Shown here piece by piece: positions 57,362 through 64,000 of a DNA stretch of 64,000 nucleotides. Within the stretch, counting starts at the first letter, position 1. The number at the start of each line of letters is the position of its first letter. The translations under genes and the position numbers were made by a program. The DNA lies in the NCBI GenBank assembly GCA_012799635.1, contig JAAZKW010000023.1:27135-91134 (forward strand). Direction: 5' to 3'. The notes under the pieces are model-generated. The model saw only the letters and a program-made list of their open reading frames with translations. It was not told the DNA's origin and ran no database searches. This stretch comes from Mollicutes bacterium (GTDB taxonomy: Bacteria > Bacillota_I > Bacilli_A > RF39 > UBA660).

Positions 57362-60145
57362 ATGAAATCAAAGATAGGTAAGTATGCTATGATGAGCATA
57401 CTTTTTTTGTTGACTATTTTTGGTATTCAGACAGTTCATGCTGAACAGTACACAGGACAAGCAATTTGGCCTAGTGAACATATTAGCAATATCTATATTA
57501 AAAAAGATAGAAATGATGGATATTCAAAATGGCAACAAGCAAGATTTATTAGAAGAAGTGAAGATAATAAATTCGTTTATTGTTTGCAACCTTATGCTGA
57601 TATAGATAATAATTTACCATATTATGATGTAATTAGATCTGATTATGAAAGAGTATTAGGATTTAGTGAAGCACAATGGGAAAGAATTTCACTTTTAGCA
57701 TATTATGGATATCAATATAATGATAATGGTTATAATCATAATGATCAAAAATGGTATGCTATTACTCAAGTAATGATTTGGAGAACAACAAATCCAGATT
57801 CAAATATATATTTTACTGATACATTAAATGGTAATTATACTTCTAAATTTGATGGAGAAATGGCTGAATTAGAATCTTTAGTATCTAATCATTATAAAAC
57901 TCCTAATTTAGAAAGTGGTATAGTTTTACCAATAGGACAAACTAAAGAATTAAATGATCCAAATGGAGTTCTAAGTAATTATACAATAACTGGAACTGAA
58001 AATGTTACTGCTTCAATTAATGGTAATACATTATCAGTAACAGCAAATAGTATTGGTGAAGGTAAAGTAACTTTTGAAAAGAGAGCTACTAAATATGAAA
58101 TACCACCAATAGTATATTTTAGTGATCATTCTCAAAATGTATTTAGAGTTGGTAATTATGATCCAGTTAGAACAAAATTCACTTTAAAAGTAATTGGTGG
58201 AAGAGTTACACCAGCAAAGGTTGATGTGGAAACAAAAACCAATACTCCACAAGGAGAAGCAAAACTTGGTGGAGCTGTATATGGTATTTATAAAGTAGAT
58301 GGAACTAGAGTTGGTTCTGTTACTACTAATGATGATGGTAGAAATACTTCTGATTATTTACCAGAACTTGGTAGGTTCTACCTATTAGAAGAAAAACCAT
58401 CTGAAGGATATTTATTAGATAGTAATAAATACTATTTTGAAATAACTGAAGATAATTTAAATCCTGAAGTACAAGTATTTGAGCAAGTAATTAAATTAGA
58501 TTTTGAATTTACAAAAGTATATGCTAGTGCTGAAACTCAAATTATGGAACCTGAAGTAGGAATTAAGTTTGGTATTTACAATAAATCTGGAGAACAAGTT
58601 AAAGAAATAACAACAGATTCTCAAGGTGTATTTAGATTTACTTTACCTTATGGAACTTATACAGTTAAACAATTAACAACAACAAAAGGTCATGAAAAAA
58701 TAGAAGATTTTAATGTTGAAGTTAAAACAACAGGAGAAGTTGTAAAGAAAGTTATTTCAAATGCTCCTATTACTGCTAAATTAAGAGTAGTTAAAATAGA
58801 TGCAGAAACTAAAGAAGTAATTAAAAGAGCAAATATTAAGTTTAAAATATTTGATATTAAAAACAATGAATATGTATGTCAAACAATTACATATCCAAAT
58901 AAAACAACAATCTGTGAATGGGAAACTGATTCAGAGGGGGAATTTACAACAGCTTATCCATTGATGACAGGTACATATAGACTTGAAGAAGTAGATCAAG
59001 TTGTAGAGGGTTATTTATGGAATAGCCAATCACATGAATTTTCAATTGATGAGAATTCTAAATTAAGAACTGATTCTGAGTATGGAATTATATTTGATAC
59101 AGCTTTTGAAAATCAACCAGTTAAAGGAGAAATTCAAATAAAGAAAACTGGAGAAGTAGCAGAATTAACTGATAATGGTTTTGAATTTAAAACAGATTCA
59201 TTAGAAGGAGTTAAGTTCGGATTATATGCACAAGAGGACATTATTTGGAATGATAAAGTGATTTATACTAAAGATTCTTTAGTGGAAGAAAAAATAACAG
59301 ATAAAGATGGAAACATTGTGTTTGATAATCTTTACTTAGGTAAATACTATGTTAAAGAACTTTCGACTTTAGATAATTATGTTTTAGATGAAAATACATA
59401 TGAAGCAGAGTTAATTTATAAGGATCAATATACACCAGTTATTGTATATTCTGAATCAATTTTAAATATATTAAAAACTGGAAAATTAGAATTCACAAAA
59501 ACTGATATATCCGAATCAAAAACATTACCAAATACACTTATAGAAATATATACTGAAAACGATGAACTAGTATTCTCTGGTAGAACAGATGAAAATGGTA
59601 AGATAGTTATTGAAAGACTTCCACAAGGAAAATATTACATTTTAGAAAAGGAAGCTCCTGAGGGTTATAAGTTGAATGAAGAAAAAATGCCATTTGAAAT
59701 AAAAGAAAATGGAGAAATAATTAAATCAACAATGAAAGATGAAGATATCACTGGTACTTTAGAATTTACTAAAGTAGATATTTCAACAGATGAACCACTT
59801 CCAAATACACTAATTGAAATTTACAATGCTGAAAACGATGAACTAGTATTCTCTGGTAGAACAGATGAAAATGGTAATATCACAATTGATAAAATCAAAT
59901 ATGGTAAATATTACATTTTAGAAAAAGAAGCTCCAGCAGGATATCAACTAAATCCTGAAAAAATGTATTTTGAAATTACTGAAGATGGACAAGTAATTAA
60001 GTCTGTTATGAAAGATGAAAAGATTGTTGAAGTTCCAAACACAGGTTTATCAGAAATAAATTATGATAAGGTAACTCCTATTATTGTTATTGTATTAGGA
60101 GCTGGATTAATTATCTATGCAACAAAGAAAAACAAAAAGAAATAG
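57362..60145 (+). CDS. Sortase-anchored surface adhesin: N-terminal thioester (TQXA) domain plus repeated Cna-B/SpaA-type stalk domains
   Basis: Signal peptide. Thioester Cys context FVYCLQPYA and YAITQVMIWR (TQxxxW). At least 6 prealbumin-like repeats (GxYxLxExxAPxGY). C-terminal VPNTG, then a hydrophobic segment, then KKNKKK. Confidence 0.8.
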   Translation: MKSKIGKYAMMSILFLLTIFGIQTVHAEQYTGQAIWPSEHISNIYIKKDRNDGYSKWQQARFIRRSEDNKFVYCLQPYADIDNNLPYYDVIRSDYERVLGFSEAQWERISLLAYYGYQYNDNGYNHNDQKWYAITQVMIWRTTNPDSNIYFTDTLNGNYTSKFDGEMAELESLVSNHYKTPNLESGIVLPIGQTKELNDPNGVLSNYTITGTENVTASINGNTLSVTANSIGEGKVTFEKRATKYEIPPIVYFSDHSQNVFRVGNYDPVRTKFTLKVIGGRVTPAKVDVETKTNTPQGEAKLGGAVYGIYKVDGTRVGSVTTNDDGRNTSDYLPELGRFYLLEEKPSEGYLLDSNKYYFEITEDNLNPEVQVFEQVIKLDFEFTKVYASAETQIMEPEVGIKFGIYNKSGEQVKEITTDSQGVFRFTLPYGTYTVKQLTTTKGHEKIEDFNVEVKTTGEVVKKVISNAPITAKLRVVKIDAETKEVIKRANIKFKIFDIKNNEYVCQTITYPNKTTICEWETDSEGEFTTAYPLMTGTYRLEEVDQVVEGYLWNSQSHEFSIDENSKLRTDSEYGIIFDTAFENQPVKGEIQIKKTGEVAELTDNGFEFKTDSLEGVKFGLYAQEDIIWNDKVIYTKDSLVEEKITDKDGNIVFDNLYLGKYYVKELSTLDNYVLDENTYEAELIYKDQYTPVIVYSESILNILKTGKLEFTKTDISESKTLPNTLIEIYTENDELVFSGRTDENGKIVIERLPQGKYYILEKEAPEGYKLNEEKMPFEIKENGEIIKSTMKDEDITGTLEFTKVDISTDEPLPNTLIEIYNAENDELVFSGRTDENGNITIDKIKYGKYYILEKEAPAGYQLNPEKMYFEITEDGQVIKSVMKDEKIVEVPNTGLSEINYDKVTPIIVIVLGAGLIIYATKKNKKK

Positions 60146-60752
60146 TATAATTACTGTTGTAGGAATATTACTAATATTTTTTGGTGCTTCATATCTAATA
60201 TTTAATCATTTTTCTAATGAAAGATTAAAGCAAAAAGATAATAATAAAATTGAAGAATTTTTTGAAATAGAAGATGAAGAACCAGAAGAAGAAATAGAAG
60301 AAGTTATAGAACAACCTAAAGAAGAAAAACAAACAATTAATTATGATTATATTGCAGTATTAGAAATACCAAAAATAAATCTTAAGAGAGGTTTAGTTAG
60401 TACAGACAGTAGATATAATAATGTTAATTACAATATTAAAATAGTTGATGGCTCTTTAATGCCTTATGTCAGAAATGGTAATCTAATACTTGCAGGTCAT
60501 AATGGATCTGCTTATATTTCTTTTTTTAAAAATCTATATAAGTTAGATATAAATGATAGTGTCTATGTTTTTTTTGATGGTATAAAATATGAATATAAAA
60601 TAGCTGACATATATGATGTGGATAAAACTGGAACTGTTAACATATCTAGAGATAAAAATAGAACTACTATAACTCTAATTACTTGTAAAAAATATAGTAA
60701 AGATAAACAAACAGTTTTTATTGGATATTTAAGTAATAAGGAATCTTATTAA
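60117..60752 (+). CDS. Sortase-family transpeptidase
   Basis: N-terminal TM. LILAGHNG (catalytic His) and TTITLITCKK (catalytic Cys). Overlaps the adhesin 3' end. Confidence 0.8.
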   Translation: MQQRKTKRNSIITVVGILLIFFGASYLIFNHFSNERLKQKDNNKIEEFFEIEDEEPEEEIEEVIEQPKEEKQTINYDYIAVLEIPKINLKRGLVSTDSRYNNVNYNIKIVDGSLMPYVRNGNLILAGHNGSAYISFFKNLYKLDINDSVYVFFDGIKYEYKIADIYDVDKTGTVNISRDKNRTTITLITCKKYSKDKQTVFIGYLSNKESY

Positions 60753-61045
60753 TGGATGATAAAGATTATGTTATTATTCCTCAAAGAATATTAGAGGATA
60801 ATAATTTAACCAGTACAGATAAACTTGTTTATGGAATTATTTTAAGATTAACAAGAAGTAACGGATATTGTTGGGCTACTAATCAATACATGGCTGATAT
60901 TTTAAAAATAAATCCTAGAACAGTATCTTCTTGTATAAGAAAATTACGAGAATTGGGATATATTAATTCTTGTAAAAATAAGAACGATAAGTTCAAAACA
61001 TTTAGAAAAATAAGTTTTGATAAAGAGGAAGAATACATCTATTAA
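60752..61045 (+). CDS. Winged-helix/HTH_36-type DNA-binding protein (replication- or relaxosome-associated)
   Basis: YVIIPQRILEDNNLTSTDKLVYGIILRL...CWATNQYMADILKINPRTVSSCIRKLRELGYI. Confidence 0.55.
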   Translation: MDDKDYVIIPQRILEDNNLTSTDKLVYGIILRLTRSNGYCWATNQYMADILKINPRTVSSCIRKLRELGYINSCKNKNDKFKTFRKISFDKEEEYIY

Positions 61046-61055
61046 GTATAGAAAA

Positions 61056-61098
61056 AGACATCCTATAAATATAGATGCAGACATCCTACTAATATAGA
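61056..61098 (+). repeat. Two 20-bp direct repeats (iteron-like) with a 23-bp period
   Basis: AGACATCCTATAAATATAGA (61056..61075) and AGACATCCTACTAATATAGA (61079..61098). TTAAAACATTTA direct repeats follow at about 61140..61175. Confidence 0.6.
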
Positions 61099-61189
61099 AT
61101 AGAATAAAGAATATAATAGAGAATTATATCATTTAATCTTTTTAAAACATTTAAACTTATTTAAAACATTTATTTGTAGGAGGCATGAA

Positions 61190-61594
61190 ATGTTAAAAGA
61201 ATATATTAATTCATTTTCATTAGTTGGGAACATTTCTTATATTGGGGATATTCAAGAACAAAAGAATGGAACTAAATATAGATATTTTCAATTAGCACAA
61301 AATAATAAGTATAAAGATAAAGATGGCAATCTAGTAGATGAGCCATCTTTTATTAATATTAAACTATTTGAAAGTCAATTTAAGAACTTTGAAAAAGTAT
61401 TAGAAGTTGGTAAATATTTAAATATTTTTGGAAAAATCAAAGTATATAAAGATTCAGATAATAAGAACAATATTATTTTAATAGCAAATAATTATCGTGA
61501 TTTAAATAAACAAAAACAATACACTGAAATATTTGACTATGATTGGTTAAATGAAGGTGATGATAGAGAAGAGAGTAACGATTATGGGTTATAG
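61190..61594 (+). CDS. Divergent OB-fold SSB-like protein
   Basis: Pattern LVGNI...KNGTKYRYFQLAQNN..DKDGN...FINIKLF......VGKYLNIFGKIKVY parallels the SSB OB fold. It has no canonical acidic tip. Confidence 0.45.
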   Translation: MLKEYINSFSLVGNISYIGDIQEQKNGTKYRYFQLAQNNKYKDKDGNLVDEPSFINIKLFESQFKNFEKVLEVGKYLNIFGKIKVYKDSDNKNNIILIANNYRDLNKQKQYTEIFDYDWLNEGDDREESNDYGL

Positions 61595-61997
61595 ATCTGA
61601 TGTTAGAATTGTTACTTCACAAAAAGGTTTTGAAAAGTTAAAAGACTTTGTTACAAATAAAATAGCAAATAGTCAAAATCCTAATATGTACAATTTAATG
61701 GAAAACTTAGGCTTTGAACATAATAATAGTTATTCAAAATATTTTGGTTGGAATAATGTTAAATGGTACTACGAGGATGTTGATATAGTTATGGAAGGAC
61801 TTCATAAATTAAAAGATGAAGATTTCTCTTATAGATTTGCTAGACTTGGAGAAAACTTTGATGATTACGAAGAAGAATCTTATGAATCAGAAAAGGAAGA
61901 AGAACAAGATTTAGAATATCCTTGTGTAGAACGATATTTTGATGATGATTATGTTAAAGATAATATGAATTCTAATGATATGGATATAAGTTCTTAA
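61584..61997 (+). CDS. Hypothetical protein with an acidic C-terminus
   Basis: ORF from MGYRSDVRIVTSQKGFEKL. Overlaps the upstream gene by 11 nt. No recognised motif. Confidence 0.45.
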   Translation: MGYRSDVRIVTSQKGFEKLKDFVTNKIANSQNPNMYNLMENLGFEHNNSYSKYFGWNNVKWYYEDVDIVMEGLHKLKDEDFSYRFARLGENFDDYEEESYESEKEEEQDLEYPCVERYFDDDYVKDNMNSNDMDISS

Positions 61998-62012
61998 AGG
62001 AGGTGATGAAAT

Positions 62013-62387
62013 ATAGCTAAGAACATAAGAGTTCTCGTAGTAGAACCTTATAAACTACCTTATGAAAAAGAAATACCAAATACATTAAAAGCAAAACAAG
62101 AAATAGTAGATGGATATATAGAATATACATATCTAAATGAAGATGAAAATGTTGCTTTAATATGTAATGAAGAAGGTAAATGTATAGGGTTACCACTAAA
62201 TAGAGATATTGGTCATGACATTATTGCAGGTACTTTTATTTTAGTAGGCGATGATGGTTGTGGCGAAGATTTGTCATTAACAGATGAACAAATTGAAAAG
62301 TATAAAAAAAGATTCGATAAAGAATCAATTAAAGAAACTGATATAGCAATTGGAAAGATTGCTTTATCAAATAGTTTAGGTTTATAA
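62013..62387 (+). CDS. DUF3846-like protein without an ATG start (ATA start or +1 shifted from ATG 62006)
   Basis: An open 125-codon frame with no Met: IAKNIRVLVVEPYKLPYEKEIPNTLKAKQEIVDGYIEY...ALICNEEGKCIGLPLNRD...IAGTFILVG...LSLTDEQ, which fits the DUF3846 pattern common on ICEs and plasmids. RBS AGGAGG at 61998..62003. Confidence 0.6.
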   Translation: MAKNIRVLVVEPYKLPYEKEIPNTLKAKQEIVDGYIEYTYLNEDENVALICNEEGKCIGLPLNRDIGHDIIAGTFILVGDDGCGEDLSLTDEQIEKYKKRFDKESIKETDIAIGKIALSNSLGL

Positions 62388-62399
62388 GGAGGTAAAGAT

Positions 62400-62777
62400 A
62401 TGATGAACCAAACATGTATTATAGGTAGATTAGTTCGTGAGCCTGAAGTAAAAGAACTAGAAGATGGCAAAAAAGTAAGTAATATTACTCTTGCTGTTCC
62501 AAGAAGTTATAAAAATGAAAATGGAGAGTATGAAACTGACTTCATCGATTGTACTTTATGGGGTGGTGTTGCTGACAGAACAGCTGAATACTGCAGAAAA
62601 GGAGATTTGGTTGGAGTTAAAGGAAGACTTCAAACAAATAATTATGAGAATGAAAAAGGCGAAAAGAGAAAAATTACAGAAGTAATCGCTGAAAAACTTA
62701 CATTCTTATCAAGTAATAGAGAGATTCTTGAAAAAGAAGGAGTTAATAAAACCAAAGAAGAAGATTTAGAGGTTTAG
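62400..62777 (+). CDS. ssb: Single-stranded DNA-binding protein
   Basis: NQTCIIGRLVREPEVKEL.DGKKVSNITLAV.R...N.NGE.ETDFIDCTLWG..A......KGDLVGVKGRLQT. The tail ends EEDLEV instead of D-D-(I/L)-P-F. Confidence 0.85.
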   Translation: MMNQTCIIGRLVREPEVKELEDGKKVSNITLAVPRSYKNENGEYETDFIDCTLWGGVADRTAEYCRKGDLVGVKGRLQTNNYENEKGEKRKITEVIAEKLTFLSSNREILEKEGVNKTKEEDLEV

Positions 62778-62789
62778 TTATATGAGAAT

Positions 62790-62866
62790 AAGCAAAGAAA
62801 AAAGAGTTAAATCGCCAGCCAGCAAAATAACTCTAGTGGTATTATATCACTTCTTTGCTTTTTTCT
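62790..62866 (+). terminator. Branched hairpin plus T-run after ssb
   Basis: Outer stem AAGCAAAGAA (62790..62799) pairs with TTCTTTGCTT (62851..62860). Inner stem AGAGTTA/TAACTCT. Then TTTTT. Confidence 0.45.
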
Positions 62867-62890
62867 TCAAATTTTTAAGGAGGAAACAAC

Positions 62891-63148
62891 ATGAATTTAT
62901 TTTATCAACTTATCAGTGATGATGCTGGTAAACGATTAAAATATGAAAGAAGAGCATGGGGAATGTCTAGAAGAAAGTTAGCGAAATTAGCTTTTACAGA
63001 TCCTGAAACAATAGAAGATATAGAAAAAGGATATGTTTGTATGTTAGATTTCCATTTACTCAGAAATCTAAGTAAAGTTCTTCAAATTAGCCCATTTGAC
63101 TTCTTCATAAAAAGATTAACAAAAGAAGAAATATTAGCAATGGTTTAA
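62891..63148 (+). CDS. XRE-family HTH protein
   Basis: LKYERRAWGMSRRKLAKLAFTDPETIEDIEKGY. RBS AAGGAGG. Confidence 0.65.
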   Translation: MNLFYQLISDDAGKRLKYERRAWGMSRRKLAKLAFTDPETIEDIEKGYVCMLDFHLLRNLSKVLQISPFDFFIKRLTKEEILAMV

Positions 63149-63159
63149 GGAGGAATATA

Positions 63160-63447
63160 ATGTACAAATTAGCAAATTATTTTAATATGTTAAAAATTGA
63201 ACATCTTGAAGGTGGAAGTTATGATGTTAACTCTATCCTAAAAGCAATTAAAACTCTTACTAGTTGGGCTTTATCAATTGGTATTGCAGCTGCAGGTGTT
63301 TCACTGGTCATTGGATTTATATTATATGCAATTGCTGATGTTGAACAAAAAGCAAGAGTTAAGCAAAGAATTATTCAAACAATGTTAGGTATTGCTGGAA
63401 TAATCTTAGCAATATCTTTGGTAAATTTAATCATAGACTTATTTTAA
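63160..63447 (+). CDS. T4SS pilin-like (VirB2/TrbC-like) two-TM protein
   Basis: 95 aa with two long hydrophobic helices (WALSIGIAAAGVSLVIGFILYAI and MLGIAGIILAISLVNLII) separated by a charged loop. RBS AAGGAGG. Precedes a polytopic membrane protein. Confidence 0.5.
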   Translation: MYKLANYFNMLKIEHLEGGSYDVNSILKAIKTLTSWALSIGIAAAGVSLVIGFILYAIADVEQKARVKQRIIQTMLGIAGIILAISLVNLIIDLF

Positions 63448-63466
63448 ATGAAAGAGGGTGTTAAAT

Positions 63467-64000
63467 ATGCTTATGAAAGCACTCGACCTTTTAAGAACAT
63501 TAGGTTGGGGAATAGTAGATTTTATTTATTCTTTAATAGACTCTTTATTTGATATTTTAAAAGAAATCAATGCACTTGATATTGTTAATTCAGTATCAAA
63601 TGAATCAATGTTTACGAAGTTCTATACTGGATTAATGGCAATAGCTGTTACAGTTCTTGGATTATTTGCAATATGGAGTTTTGTAAAAAAGATAATGGAT
63701 CCAGATGAAGGATTATCTACAGGACAAATAGTAAAAGAAATAATTAAGTGTGGAATGTTAGTAATAATGTCCACATTTTTATTTGTTCAATCTTCTACTT
63801 TTTCAATTAAACTTAGTGGATATACTGCAAATATATTTACAACTAATAATGGTTCAATTGGAGATAATATGCTTGTTCAATATGTATCATATAAGGAAGC
63901 TTATAAAGTTTCAGATGAATTTAAAAATGATGATTATGAAAAAGCAATAAAGAATGATACATTCACAAAAAAGAAAATGTATAAAGATAAGTTTGTTACT
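63467..64000 (+). CDS. Polytopic membrane protein, VirB6/TrbL-like; 3' end outside the window
   Basis: The ORF is open to the window end, has several hydrophobic segments, and follows the pilin-like gene, as in Gram-positive T4SS clusters. Confidence 0.45.
   Translation, partial: MLMKALDLLRTLGWGIVDFIYSLIDSLFDILKEINALDIVNSVSNESMFTKFYTGLMAIAVTVLGLFAIWSFVKKIMDPDEGLSTGQIVKEIIKCGMLVIMSTFLFVQSSTFSIKLSGYTANIFTTNNGSIGDNMLVQYVSYKEAYKVSDEFKNDDYEKAIKNDTFTKKKMYKDKFVT

Larger units (their letters stand above)
46988..64000 (+). mobile_element. Integrated conjugative element (left end plus at least 17 kb; right end outside the window)
   Basis: Housekeeping synteny breaks right after secA. From there the window holds a tyrosine integrase, XRE regulators, a sigma-like regulator, a sortase-anchored adhesin, SSBs, a DUF3846-like ORF, and T4SS pilin-like and VirB6-like proteins, all co-oriented. 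Confidence 0.7.

Noticed and set aside
31955-62685. Other minor track ORFs.
- Antisense: 31955..32179, 33077..33304, 34733..34924, 39268..39674, 40763..41149, 46744..46983, 48994..49263, 50036..50482, 50954..51151, 52922..53224, 53932..54156, 62213..62470.
- Alternate frame on the same strand: 57420..57605, 62491..62685.
   Set aside because: Each is nested in or antisense to a longer ORF with recognisable motifs or coherent operon context. None has its own RBS.
46988-64000. Reading the island as a prophage
   Set aside because: No terminase, portal, capsid, tail or lysis genes are present. Instead there are a sortase-anchored adhesin, a DUF3846-like ORF, SSBs, and pilin-like and VirB6-like membrane proteins. 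The downstream part is unseen, so this remains provisional.

Overview
Very AT-rich Firmicutes chromosome, standard genetic code. The spo0A, spoVG, comK-like and rpoE (delta) genes suggest a Bacilli/Erysipelotrichia-like lineage.

The window is centred on the replication origin. Every credible CDS from 1 to 30041 is on the minus strand: rplC, rpsJ, gpmI, spo0A, pgk, gap, divIC, spoVG, rsmA, tatD, metG, mfd, pth, yaaT, holB, recR, ybaB, dnaX, tadA, gyrA, gyrB, recF, dnaN, dnaA. Every chromosomal CDS from 30343 to 46987 is on the plus strand: rpmH, rnpA, yidC, jag, mnmE, mnmG, rsmG, parB, argS, rpoE, prfA, prmC, murA, rpmE, rpiB, hpf, secA. Gene order closely follows the Bacillus subtilis origin region.

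Non-coding elements I can read directly:
- DnaA-box clusters on both sides of dnaA.
- A Met T-box leader upstream of metG.
- A minimal SRP RNA hidden inside an over-extended tadA ORF.
- Three perfect parS sites in a 37-bp tandem array.
- rpmH, which is missing from the ORF track.

Directly after secA (about 46988) an integrated mobile element begins and runs past the window end. I read it as an ICE. It carries a tyrosine integrase with an arm-binding N-terminus, XRE regulators, a sigma-region-4-like regulator behind a leader-ORF/terminator, and a thioester-domain adhesin with its sortase. It also carries a wHTH protein followed by iterons, two SSB-like proteins, a DUF3846-like ORF, and T4SS pilin-like and VirB6-like proteins.

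The most interesting cargo is an integrase-adjacent two-gene operon (48566..53627). It encodes a 1352-aa fusion of a T5orf172/GIY-YIG-like domain, an SF2 helicase and an N6-adenine methyltransferase, plus a 330-aa methyltransferase-like partner with no catalytic NPPY. I flag this as a candidate undescribed Type ISP-like defence or anti-restriction system.

All calls are by eye from motifs and synteny. No searches were run.
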